DNA of 64,000 nt from Adineta vaga (taxonomy: Eukaryota; Animalia; Rotifera): positions 7,998,001 through 8,062,000 of the forward strand of contig CP075495.1 of the NCBI GenBank assembly GCA_021613535.1, read 5' to 3'. The translations under genes were made by a program, and so were the position numbers. The notes beneath the pieces were generated by a model that ran no database searches, was not told where the DNA came from, and worked only from the letters and a program-made list of their open reading frames with translations. Below, piece by piece: positions 14,438-27,343 of the stretch (positions are counted from its first letter, which is position 1; every line of letters starts with the position of its first letter).

Positions 14438-17400
14438 ATGAATAAAAAGTCATCGACATTATCTCCATTGAAAAGACCGTCAACTCGATCATTAGCAGTT
14501 ACCAAACCTCTCCCAACACAATCGGATAAATATACCTTTCAATCAGACGACGAAGATCATAGTACAAAACCGGTGCTTGTACGAAAAAATATAACACCTT
14601 TATCAACGAAACGTCCCTCCCGTGGTCGACCAACAGCGACAAAAACTCCTAAAATCGAAGAAAGTTCTAAAGGTACATCCGTATCTTCATCCAAGAGTGA
14701 AAGTGATAGTGAAACGGAAGAAAGTCTACCAATCAAATCAAAACGATCAGGTAAAAATTCTTACAAAAAACCAGTCACTCGTCGAGCATCACGTCTAGTT
14801 TCTCAAACCAATACATCAACAAGTGAAAAGAATTCGACACCAAAAAAACGCGGACGAAAACCCAAAATGTCCAATACAACAGATAACGATCATGAGCAAG
14901 ATAAATCAAAACAACAAATGGAAACAGAAAATATTGTTCCACCACAATCAATAAAACGTCGATATAGTAAAAAGAAAACATTATCTACTGATACAAATCC
15001 TAAAAGTGAACTTCATGATTATGATGATAATAATCAAAAACTTTCAGCTATTGAGGAAAAAGATCTTATGCAATTTGGTTCACCACAACATCAAAGTTCA
15101 TCTCAACAACAGCAGCAGCAACAGCAGCCACAACAATTAGATGATGATTTTAGTGATGATTCAGTTGAATTTGTTTGGAAAGGTTCAAGTAAAATGTCAA
15201 TTGAAATTCTTAAACGTCGAATACCAAAAGATGAACCACGAGATTATACATCAATTCAATCCGATCCAACTGCTCAACGGAAGAGAGCCATTATTCCACG
15301 TTTAACTAATTTTGATGCTTTATCCGGCCAACCAATTGATAATTCATCGCCATCAACAGCAGCAGCAGCAACAACAACAACAACAACAACTAATAAACGT
15401 ACATTCAATGATACCTCAGAACAAAACTTACAGAAGAAATCAAGTTCTGTTATAACACTGAATAATGTGTTTCAAAATGATTTTGTTCCTTCGTATAATG
15501 ATGCAGGTCCAAAGATGACAACAACAACAACAACAACAGGCAGCACTGATGATAAACCTCGTCCACGAATTTATGCGGTGAAAAGTACAACTTTGAAATC
15601 ACGACCATTATCACAACAATCACAACAACCAGAAATAAAACGACCTAAATGGATGAATGATCAACAGGGAAAATCTGAAGAAGAAGAAGAAGAAGATGGT
15701 ATTTTACCACCTGCTGGAGAAGAACCTGATGATTTTGATTACGTACCAAAAGGTCAATATATGCCAAAACGTCAAAGTTATCGTGGTCGTGGTGCATATC
15801 CAGTACGACGTGGCACAGGCATGCGTGGAAGACCACCAGGTTCACGTCGACAATGGCATGATGATGATGATGACGATGATGATTATAATCAATATGAAGA
15901 AATAAATTCAAGATATGGAGGACGAAAACAAACAGCATACCGATCAGCACGTAAGAAAGAATATCAAATATTTTTTTTAAAATAGAACTTTTGTTTTCTT
16001 TTAGGATCAATGTATAATATGGGTGATGATGATGATTACGACAAAAACCGTCGTATGAGTTTAACACAAGCATATCGTCGAAATACTAATGTTGTTCGTC
16101 CACCTTTGTCAGCAATGAGTGGTCAGCGTCGTATTGCAATTAATAATGGCAATCATCCAATATACAAAGTAAGCAAATTATATCTTTTCTTTTTTTTTTG
16201 AAAATATTCCTCTCTTTTTGACTGTTCAAATATCGAAACTGAACGAATTCTATAATACATTAAAGTGCGAGATCAACGCGATTTAAGAGCTAGCAAAATC
16301 ATTTCAATGAGATTTTAATTCCACAAAAGAATCGTGAAAATTTTCCATTTGAGATGCATATGTAGTTGATAAAAGAGGGAAATATATTTCATAGTATTTT
16401 GATTATATATGTATGTATGTATGTGTGTGTGTGTTTTCTCAGCCATTCAAATCATCGAGTTATCGCCCAACGCCAGCTACACTCGGTTTATCGACGTCGA
16501 ATCGTCGTACGAGTAGTACTAGTCGAAGTCCTGTCAGTACAATCTCCAAATCTCATCATCATCTATCATCAACAATGTCCAAACATTACTCGGTGAGAAT
16601 ATTTAAAACACACACACACATATTTCATGGATTTCATTGATTTTTCTTTTAAAAATAATGTTTTAGGATGAAGATTATTATCATCACCAAACACGTCCAA
16701 CAACATCATCAACAAATAATACAAGTGGTAATACATATGTAACAAAAATGAATGATTCACAATTAAATGATGTTTCAAATCAATCCCAAATTTTCTATGT
16801 AAATGTACCTCAACAAGAACAAAAGAATCAACAACAGGTTCTATCCGTTTTAACATCAGATCAACAACAACAACAAGTTCTTCCTGTTACTGTTGTTCAA
16901 CAAGGTATATATATATAATACATTCTTCCTTCTTAAGAATCGATTAAACAATGTCTTTTTTTTATTATTCAATAGTCAAATTACCAGTTGATGCACCTAA
17001 ACAGAAGAAGATTCTTCCAAAACCATCAGCTAATCAATCAATGAATTCCGCTAATGACCATTCATCTCCAAATAATGCCAAACCATTTGCTTGGTCACGT
17101 CCACCAGGTCGTATACAAATGAGTAATGATGAACATTTACCAACTAAACATGGAAATACTGGATCAAATAATACAGATTTGGATACAATGGAAGCTGCAC
17201 ATGTTTTAGCGACTGCTGCTGATGTAACTATGGCTGCTGATGCACGTCGTAAAGCTCAACAACACGATGATGATATGACAATGTTGGTTGACGAAACACC
17301 CTCGAATATTGCTGGTGAAGAAACAATTCAATGTGATGATAATGGAGCAAAACATCTTGCTCAACAAATGGGTACAATTACCGCTAATATTATCGATGAA

Positions 17401-18174
17401 AATGGTGTTGAACATACTGTTCTATTATCTACAGAAGAAGCACAGCAATTACTTGGTTCTCAAGGTGCTATTATTGTTGACAGTGGTAAGAAAGCAAAAC
17501 AAAACATCCAATGGATTTAGATTTTTAAAAAAATTTCTCTTATTTTAGATGGTCAACCAATATCGATTCAACAAGCACAACCACAAACATTTGTTTCACC
17601 ATTTGCCCTTGATCAAGCACAATTACAAGCATTACTTGCTCAAGCTGGTATCGATCCGAATACTCCATTGACGATTGAACAAATTGATCCAAATCAACAG
17701 CAACAAGTAGCTACTTTATGTACATCACCAGGTGGAACACAATATACTGTTCTTACTCAAGCACCAACTCAACAACAATTTATTTTACAAACAACAAATG
17801 AACCCGAACAATTACAAATAGCAGCGCCACAAATACCGCAACCTACTATTCAACCACAAGCTATAGTTCCAAAAGAGGAACTTTCATCACCACCGGCCAA
17901 ACGTCGAGCATTTGCAGTCAAATCAACAACTCGTCAAGATACATATGAAGATTTCAATGAGCGTCCACGTCGTAAAATTTTTGCAACAAAATCAACTGTT
18001 ACATCAATGAGTATGATTCCTTTGACTTTTTCAAAAGCTTGACATGATACAGAAAATAATTAACTTTCGTTTTGATTTCTTTTTTTTTTTGTTATAGATG
18101 ATGATGGTATTCATGATGATCAAGAAGGTTTTATTGGTACACGAGCATATCATCGAAATACGGGTCGAAAATAA
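14438..18174 (+). CDS. Large low-complexity, probably nuclear protein with AT-hook-like motifs; family not recognised (about 7 exons)
   Basis: Phase-compatible exons at about 14438-15950, 16006-16168, 16443-16592, 16667-16904, 16975-17485, 17549-18010 and 18099-18174. Motifs PSRGRPT, PKKRGRKPK and MRGRPPG; S/T/Q/D-rich tracts. Confidence 0.75.
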
Positions 18175-18957
18175 TATGACAAACATTCGTAAAACAAAAG
18201 AACAATATAAAATTAACTGTGTATAAATTGTCTTGTCATTATTGTTCGTTATCTTCTTCTTCTTCTTCTTTTAGTTGTCACTTCTCTCTTCTATTTCGTT
18301 CAACTCTAGGAGTATGAGCGAATAAACATATTCTTTCTTTTTTTTTCACTTAGTCTTTATGTATCTATTGTTTTCTTTTTCTTGGTATTAGTTAGCAGCA
18401 TATTCGTGCAAGATTGTCTATGTATGTGTGTGTGTGTGTGTGTACAGCGCTACTTTGTACAAAACATTGTATGAAGAAACTTCTCCTTATATAAGAAAAA
18501 AAAATATATTCTGTATTTACATGCTTTCTTTTTCTTTACATAGCTCCCCTTTTTGTTTTCGGTTAAGTAATATGACTTAGGAATATGAAAAGAAAAGACA
18601 ATGAAATAAGGAATGTAGCTTTTCTCCCTCTCTGTTAATGATAAATTTTTGATAGTTCAGAGCGATTCATCTGTTAGACGAACAATGTGTAATGTATAAT
18701 AAAAGTTAGAAAGGAGAAGATGAAGATTAAATAAATGTTTTTTATTTGATCGGAAGAACAAATGTTTGTATGATTAATCAGAAAGTATGCTTAGAAAATT
18801 GACAAGATTTAGAGATATTGATTTAGCAGATACGCGTAAATATTGCATGGATTAGAGAGAAAATTTTCATTTTCGATAAAACAAAATGAATTTTAAACGA
18901 TGTTTCGTTTTTCAGATCAGCCTATTAACTAAACTGAACAGATTTACCGCCAATTCA

Positions 18958-19113
18958 ATGACTTTTTTTCGTACATTGATCACATTTTCTCTCGGTGTTT
19001 ATGCTGGCGTATATACGAGTCAAAATTATGAAGTTCCAAAAGTTCAATCTCCAAAAGAATTATATGAACGTCTTGCAGCTTATTTGACTTCACACGAGAA
19101 GAAGAAAGATTAA
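18958..19113 (+). CDS. STMP1: Short transmembrane mitochondrial protein 1-like microprotein (C7orf73/DUF4535 family), 51 aa
   Basis: MTFFRTLITFSLGVYAGVYTSQNYEVPKV...EKKKD shows the F-x-LG-x3-G-x-Y-x2-QNY-x-VP signature. Confidence 0.8.
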   Translation: MTFFRTLITFSLGVYAGVYTSQNYEVPKVQSPKELYERLAAYLTSHEKKKD

Positions 19114-19241
19114 ACTTAATATATAATTCCTCGCTCTACTTTTTTGCGTGATCATCCTTTATTTTGTTACTTTTATTTTCCTTTTCTTTTTATAAAAAGA
19201 AATATATATGTGTGATTCCAGATTTATTTAAAACGAGTATC

Positions 19242-19697
19242 ATGATTACAAAATCTATCTACCGAAATCTGCTATCACTTACACCTAGATTTCATTATTT
19301 GACAAATCGTCTTTTATCTTCTCTGTCACCAATTGAATATGAAACAATAGCTGAAGAAACATTAGAATCTTTAACTGATACTTTTGAAATTTTACTTGAA
19401 AAACATAAATTACCATCAGATGTAACTTATTCAAATGGAGTTTTAACTGTTGAACTTGATAAATTCGGTACCTATGTTATTAATAAACAGACGCCCAACA
19501 AACAAATATGGTTATCATCACCATTTAGTGGCCCTAAACGTTATGATTTTATCAATCAAACATGGATTTATAAACATGATGGTGTTTCATTACATCAATT
19601 ATTGACTAAAGAATTTTCAAATATATTTAAGAAAGATCAAAATATACGATTTGAAAAATGTTCTCATGGAGGAGATGAAGATGAAAGTGTGAAATAA
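19242..19697 (+). CDS. FXN: Frataxin, mitochondrial Fe-S cluster assembly factor; single exon
   Basis: Basic N-terminal presequence, then YETIAEETLESL, DVTYSNGVLTV, GTYVINKQTPNKQIWLSSPFSGPKRYDF and WIYKHDGVSLHQLL. Confidence 0.97.
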   Translation: MITKSIYRNLLSLTPRFHYLTNRLLSSLSPIEYETIAEETLESLTDTFEILLEKHKLPSDVTYSNGVLTVELDKFGTYVINKQTPNKQIWLSSPFSGPKRYDFINQTWIYKHDGVSLHQLLTKEFSNIFKKDQNIRFEKCSHGGDEDESVK

Positions 19698-20835
19698 AAA
19701 GCTAGCTTTTAGCATAATAGTAGTCTTGTTCATTCATTTATGTATTCAATCAATTGATTGTAGTCTATTTTTATACCAAAGACGATAAAAAAAATACGAC
19801 TTATTTGCTGAATTCTTTTTGTCAATAATCTGTTGTTACATATATTAAAAAGATTACTAGTTGTTTAGAGTTAACCTCTTCTTCAGTCATATTTCCAAGT
19901 TTTGGATTCGTTGTATTTACTCTACATTTTTGTGTGTAAACAAGTTCAATCAAACATGATTTTATTACTATCAAATACATCTCGTTTGTTACATACACAT
20001 ACAAAAAGGAAATGTTGTAATGTATGGTTTATTCTTTAGCTAGCGTAACTAGTTCGAGACTTTCCAAAAAAAAAAGAGTATGAATATCAAAAAAAGAAGA
20101 AAAAGAAAAGCGAGAACTGTCGAGTCGTTAATAGGTTTTCCTTTTTCCTCTCTTCATTCTTTTGCCGAATAAGTCACGATCGTAGCATTAGAAAGAAAAA
20201 CCTATATGACGATAATGACATCGAACTAGTAAGAAAAGACCAGTCATTTCTATTTCTTTATAACCACAACTACTACTTTCTTTTCTCTTTATTATGGGTA
20301 AAAAAACTATGAGAATGAAAGCTAACAACATACACATATAGAGCGATGGAGGTCAAATAATCATGGAATTGAATCATAATATATGGAGAGAAAGAAAAAG
20401 AAACTATTCGCAATGAGAAGTATAGAAAGAAGAAAATACATAAAAATCATTTAGTAGAATTATAGTTGAATACGTTTAGATTGTTTCTAATCGACTTTCA
20501 TCAAGATTAAATTACAAATACCCACATGTATATGTACATATGTTGCAAAAATGATTTGTCGATTCTTGACAGATCAGGTAAAAATGAAGAGAGAGATTTT
20601 ATTTTCTAGCTTATCTAATAACTTGAATTAGTTATCGCCAAAAATTTCAGCGTTAATCGATGTGTATAAAGAAATGATGACGAAAGTAGTAAAAACATTG
20701 TCTCATGTTATTTTGTTGCTGTTTTAGAATAACATTACTTCATTGCACACAGCAGTAAAGACAATTAGCTCTTCGATATTGGCTGGAATGAGAAAAAAAA
20801 GAAATTCTACTGCGATATATACAAATAGATATCGG

Positions 20836-20886
20836 TCTCTCTCTCTCTCTCTCTCTCTATGTGTATATATATATATATATATATAT
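20836..20886 (+). repeat. Compound (CT)n-(AT)n microsatellite
   Basis: Directly visible tctctc... run followed by a tatata... run. Confidence 0.9.
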
Positions 20887-23800
20887 GTCGAGAAGACACA
20901 GATAGTTGATTTTACCATTCTCTCTTTTCAAGTTATACACATTAAGACAAATACATATTTTCTGGAAAATGCGAATCACGAGTCTGTCATCACTCTTGTC
21001 GACAGTTGGTTTTTGCATCGTCGTTAGAATGAGACAAGATAGATAGACAAATGAATAGTTACGATGGATGGATGAATTGTTTGTGTGGGTGTGAACGTTT
21101 TGTTCTGTATTGTACAATTCTAGATAGTATTTCGATGTTATACTTTTAGTCTCCAATCGAGAGAATAGTCAAACATTTCTGAGATTTCATAATCGATATT
21201 GGCTGACTGCGTATTTGAGTGAGATTGACAATAGCACACACGGGACACAGTATGACAGGATAGCAAATTGCAGAATGATAGAGAGCACCGTCTAAACAAT
21301 AGACATACAAATAGAAATGACGAATGATTGAGGGTGTTAGTGTTAGAAAGAGAAAAATGTTATAAAAAAAAGAAAACATACAAATTGTTGCTATATGGTT
21401 AAATGGTAAAGTAAGCAAGTTAGTGTCCATTCTGTATCATTACGATTGAATGTTTATCCATCTTGTATAGAGAAACAAAAAGGTCAAATGTACGAGTTAG
21501 CATACGCAAGAAATAGGAAAACATATCTTTAGTAATAAATGACTTTTTGTCATTGTTTTATACATTATTCAAACAATAAATCATATTTAGTATGCGTTAA
21601 AAGAATATGATATGTTTCTTTTTTTTATTCTTTTAGATTATTTTTCTTCAATAATGTATGTATATACAAATATATTCAAATGTAGAAGTATATCAAAAGA
21701 TAAATTGTGTCATGAAAATTACTTTTTCGATGACTTTTAATGTTCGATTAAACGCATACATTAGTCATAAGAGAGAGAGAGAGAGAGAGTAACGCTGCAG
21801 GCATTTTGTATGCGCGTACCCTTTTTCCCTTTTCCTTTTTATATACAAGGCTGTCGGCTTACACGATAGATGTATTGGTTGGTGTGAATCGGAAATAAGA
21901 CTTGTCGTGCCGCTGTTCGTTCGTTCCTTTTCAAACATCTTTGTTCTTTATAGTACATGAAGTATTTTGTTAGTATACACTCTGATTGTTCTATCGCTTT
22001 TATATTACAGAAAAAGAAATGAAAAATTTACAACAAAGTAAAATATTATTGATAGATAAGTCTATTTTTAGTATAGGAAAAGGTTATTTTCTTAGACAAT
22101 AGAATATTTTTTAAAATCTTATCAGTAACAGAAATGTTCTTGTATGTGAAGAACAGAGGTAAGATATTTTTACGAAAGTTCTCTTTTTTTCAAGTTCAGA
22201 TGTTTATTGATGAATAAGAAAATAGATTTTGAAAGGAACAAGTAACATGTGTGTCTGTCTTTGGTGTTATGTCTCGATTTCAGTTTGCGAACCATTGCGT
22301 TTTCTCTTGAGTAGAATTATCGTTCTCATCGTCATTGTCGTTTTCTTTCTCTTTCGCTGTTGTTGCTCGCCCTTCTCAAGTAAGACGGATGATGAGAGTG
22401 AACGAGAAGCGAATGCGGCAAGTATAATGGCCGAACAGAAGAGAGAGAGAGAGCGAGAGCGAGAGCCAGAAAGGGGAACGCAATGTTGACGAGAACGAAC
22501 GAAGAACATGTCAAGGAATTTGAAGGCTCGAGTGAGATGATGATGATGAAGGCGGCAACGGTGGTGAATGTGGTCTAAGTCTCTAGAGAATACTCAATGA
22601 TTGTGCGGATAGATATAAGCTATGCGTGTATATTGTTATATCTTTTCCTTCGACTGTTCGCATTCTTAATGTATTATTTTTGTTTTTTTCACAGTTATAT
22701 TGAAAAAAATTATTCTGATATGTTTACACCTATTCATCATCGACATCTCTATGATTGTTGATATGTATTATTATTCGATTTACTGATGAAAATTATTTGT
22801 TTATGTCCAGTTCGAAGTGGCAAGGAGAAAAGGAGGAGATAGGATGAGGAAAAGGAAATAGGCCCGGTGCCTGTAATAGAATAATCACAAAGAAAGAGAA
22901 CATCAGAACGAACAGGCCTTTGTGTCGGAAAGAGAGAATACTGCTGCGATAGCCTTCTTGTCTTTCCTGGTTTCCTCTCTTCTCCGTACGATGACGCGAA
23001 ATGTTCGTTCATCATCATCATATTCCTTCTTCTAACAGCCAGTCAGTAGAGCAGTATGTTTACTGATAGGAAACAACGTTAGCATCGACAGAAAAAAAAA
23101 CGAGAAAGAGAACAGACAAAAAAGAAAAGAAAGAAAGAAGGAAGGAAAACCCAGTCGTCGTGGCAGCTAGGACCACTGTACGGCTAGAATAGAAAAGAAA
23201 GAGAGCCAGAGCAAGAGTGTAAAAGAAATAATAATAATAGAGATGATAGAAAGAGTGGTAGCAACAGCAGTACTGTTGGCTACAAGAGAAAGAGAGAGAG
23301 CGAGAGCGAGAGCGAGAGAAAGAACGCGCTTCTGCAATTTTAGCTCCCGCTGTGCGCAACGAAGACGACTGTATCTGTGTATGTGTCTAGTAATTGAAGC
23401 TTGACTTGATGATCATGATCAAATACATATACTTAGAAATGAAAAAAAAATGGAGTCATTCAAAGTCTACGATCAATCGAATGTTGATATTTATTGATTT
23501 ATATTCTTCTAGATAAAATATTCAATTGGAGTCTATAGAGTGCATGACATTACGTCGAACATTTCGATGACATCGTTGGTTGCAGATGTATGCTCAACAA
23601 CAAGAAAAACAACAGCTACAATTACAAATTTTCTTGACGAAACCTTTCGGCGGTAAATAAAATAATAGAATATCTTTATAATAGAAAATTATACTTTTTC
23701 ATTTTATTGCTTAACTATACTTTTCTTCTAAGTATATCAATTTTGTTAAATATGGAATAAGAAGGAAAAAAGGTTCTTTTCATTTGAAAATAGATGCTTA

Positions 23801-24773
23801 GATATAGTGCAATTATAACTATTATTAAAAAATAAGAATAAGTTTTTCTAGTCACCATGTGATGAGAATATTCACATCCTGTAGTCAAAGTTTACCGGAT
23901 ACATCTAATAAGAAAATCTCTTCATTTCTTATCTGAAAGTTGAGTTCAAACGATCATTTTCTATTCGAGATTTAGATAAATCGTCTTCTTTTCATAGAAA
24001 CAATCAGTTCAATTGTTTGTTTTTTTCTAAACAAACGTCTCTAACTCTCTCATATGTTAATTAAGTACGACTGAATTTAATGACATCTATCGGAATCAAA
24101 AGTCTTTGTTGTCTCAAAAATCTTTACATTTTGTTGAACAGAATATTATTAATATGATTCTCTATAAAACAGTAGTTTTTATTCTTTTGTTAATAAGATT
24201 CTATGTTGATTAACGTTTAGAATAGAATATTTGAATTTGTCACGAGATTTTCTCATTTATTTATACAATGACATTGGTTCATCAATTAAACATGAAAAAA
24301 GAAAGAAAGATGTGACAAAAACTTATACGAAAAATCACGGATATGTCTTGTCCGATCGATAGCTCTATTGAATTCAAAAGAACATACATATTCTAACGAT
24401 TGACAAAATCAAACTAATTGTTAGTGTTTATTTTAGCTTATTGATCAGAAATGATAGCTTCGAGGCATGCATCCGCACGTTAAAATAAACTGTCTATCAA
24501 TAGTTGTCTCATGTCATTTGAAAAAAAAACTTCATTTTATATTGATAGAAATAATAGATTAAGTTAATACATCGCTTACCTAATCACAGTTGATCTATAT
24601 ATTGAGCACATGAAAAATCCTATTACTATAGGCAGATTATTCATTAGATTCTATATTGTTGTTGCTTTTTCATGGAAAATAAGAGCTGACTCAGAATAGA
24701 TATATATTCAATCAATCTAATCAAAATTTTTCTTGTTACTATAGGCTAACCATGCACAAGAGGGCACTGTGTC

Positions 24774-26407
24774 ATGTCTGTGCTTCTCGTCACTGATGAT
24801 GCTGACGATAATATTCAAAATCATTCAATAACTAATCATCAAGAAGATTTTTATAAACAATTAAAAAAACTTGAATACGATTTATCATTCTCGTCAGAAA
24901 CATCATTTTCTTTTGTCGAATCCACTTCATCGATTATCGTTAAATCTAATAAATATTATCGGCAACATCGCCGGCGGCACCGTGCTCGGCCGCAGCAATG
25001 TTTGGTGCAGCAGTTGCTCACCTACATGTTAACATTGCTTATTCTAACCAATCAACTTCATTGGTCAGTCGTATTTTTATCATTATCATCAATGAAAATC
25101 ATGTCAACACATGCATCAACACCAACGATCACATCATCAACAAGTCAAACAACAATCAAACGTCCAATATCAATACCGTCCACAACAAAAACAATATCCA
25201 AAACGGACGCACAAAAGTGTCTACCAATAGACGATTTTATAATCAATCGAATATGTTCAAGAACTTGTCGTACACGAAAATCACCGATCGAAAATTTCGA
25301 CAATATCGATCGACCTTTTTTCGAAACAAATTATTTACCGTTTTGTTCAAATCTTATCCATCAAAAAATAGTCAACGAAGAGTTTTTCACTACAACTACC
25401 GAATACGAATGTCGACAAACATTAAATCAAATACTAGAATTCGACAACGAAGCTCGAGAAGCCACAGAATCATTTGCTACATATATGCAAGCGATAGATT
25501 CGGCATCAAAAGAAAACCGTTATTCAATTATCAACGCCGATTGTCAAGTAAATTTCTTTGACATGATTTTTTCAGCGGTAATCACTAAAAGAAAATTATA
25601 TGTGTGTTTTCTAGAAGGCTTATCAAACATGGGCTTGTTCAGCCAAAATTCCATATTTCCATCGGAATCATCGGATACCGCCTTGTCAATCGATCTGTGA
25701 TGAAGTCGAACGTGTCTGTCCTACATTTCGACCGAGTGACCATGAACCATTATTTGCTGGACAACCATTATTTTTTTGCAGTGGTAATTATAAAACAAAA
25801 AATCTAATTATATATTTTATCACATGAATTTTAAAAGAGACTTGGGTCTCTCACTCATGTAATGAGACTTATTGCCATCCGAACCATTATAGACAAATGT
25901 TAGATGATGAATACTTGAGTACTGGAGACGATATATATATATAAAGACTTGTTCAATAATTAATTAATAACTGAACTAATATGAATGAAATAGTTGTTTT
26001 TCTTCTTCTTCTATAAAAATCATCTTCTGTATTTAGGTGGTATTGTGAGTAACAGTGATTATGGATATAGACCTCATTGTTTTGATTCATGCCATGTATA
26101 TAATGGTTCACTTCAACGTCCTTCTGTTTTACCGTCATCTTCATTATCAAATAATTCTACCCTGCCGTTTTCTCCAACATACAAATTAGTCAAAGACACT
26201 GTGACTACACCGCCTTGTTTCGAAATTCAACCGTTACCGCCTCCTTTAACCGACCCACTAATATCATCTTTGATATTTGTTAATGAATCGATATCTATCA
26301 ATAGAAGTAATACATCTCTTTCTGCTTCAGCTAGAACTATCATATTGCCATCTTGGTCGTCCATTATTCTAATCTTTATCGTCGTTCACTTACAAAAAAT
26401 ATCATGA
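24774..26407 (+). CDS. NALF1: NALCN channel auxiliary factor (NALF/FAM155/NLF-1, Mid1-like cysteine-rich domain), 3 coding exons
   Basis: Spliced product YSIINADCQ|KAYQTWACS...PPCQSICDEVERVCPTFRPSDHEPLFAGQPLFFCS|GG...HCFD matches the FAM155 cysteine pattern. Hydrophobic segments at both ends. Introns at about 25548-25615 and 25784-26036. Confidence 0.8.
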
Positions 26408-27278
26408 CGACAACATTTTCTTATTGTAGTTTTAGATAGGTAATATACTATCAGCATTTATCGAGCTGGTTCTCGACTAAAACAAATAAGAACATAGATC
26501 TCGCAGAAAGATATAAATGAGAGTATTCAACCGTTTGCGAAGTCAAGTTTGTGTGTGTGTGTGTGTGTATTTGTTTGTTTTATTTCTTTGTGTATGATTC
26601 TTTTTTTTGTTTTTTTTCTCTTCATTATTTTCTCTTTTTTTTGTACTATTGGAATTCTATGCCACCATTGAATGACCTGCCACTCAATACTATTGCTGCT
26701 GATAGATCTAGAAGAAGATGAAAAAGAAATATTAGTTAATTGTATCTTTATTATGTTTTAAATTTCCAGTTTTTATCATCTGCATAGAGCAGTATGACTT
26801 GTCAAAATTTGAAAACGATATGATAACTACAATAATCTAGGAAAGATTACTCTAAAATTAATAAGTTTTTCATCAGAAGGTAGTTTTTACAATTGTATGC
26901 GATTTGAAACAATAATGATTATGTAACTGACTTCATTGATTGATGATTTTCTTAGTGAGAGTTTTCTTTTAAAAATATGTTTTCGTAAAATATAGTATTC
27001 GTTGATGATAATAGACGCCCTCTTTTCTATAGTGAGAATCATATCTAGTTTGACTTGATACTCAAAAAAAGTTTGCTTTATATATAATGTTAATTTTCGT
27101 TACTATGTATGTACTATACCATCCTTATTTCAATTGGACTACTGCCACACACTATGCGATTGGTGAATTGAATTAATCAATCGGAAAGTGGGAAAGAATG
27201 TCATCAGATCCACTTCTCTTACAGTATTTTATGCGTCATCGAGATTGTTCTCGTTATTTTTCTTTTTTATCATTCTCA

Positions 27279-27286
27279 TATAAATA
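27279..27286 (+). promoter_or_regulatory. Candidate TATA box for the PLAAT gene
   Basis: TATAAATA about 60 nt upstream of the ATG at 27344; weak evidence in AT-rich DNA. Confidence 0.3.
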
Positions 27287-27343
27287 CAACATTAATATAT
27301 CATTTTTTTAGATTTTTATTTTATAATATTTGTGTAAACAGAC

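Noticed and set aside
604-16073. Many short ORFs antisense or out of frame to real exons (e.g. 604-936, 1746-2027, 3977-4270, 9113-9475, 15645-16073)
   Set aside because: Shadow frames of SPT6, RALGAPA and AT-hook gene exons, or of trinucleotide repeats; no independent motifs.
12784-19697. Intronless HSPA13, STMP1 and FXN considered as horizontal transfers or retrocopies
   Set aside because: Sequences are eukaryote/metazoan-type (HSPA13 termini, frataxin presequence), codon usage matches the neighbours, and no poly(A) tails or target-site duplications are visible.
22229-23359. ORFs with ERERE, RSRSLS or poly-hydrophobic runs
   Set aside because: Translations of GA/CT microsatellites with no protein-like composition or exon chain.
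27183-27196. GGAAAGTGGGAAAG upstream of PLAAT, resembling Su(H)/RBPJ or IRF/Blimp sites
   Set aside because: A single short imperfect match that cannot be distinguished from chance.
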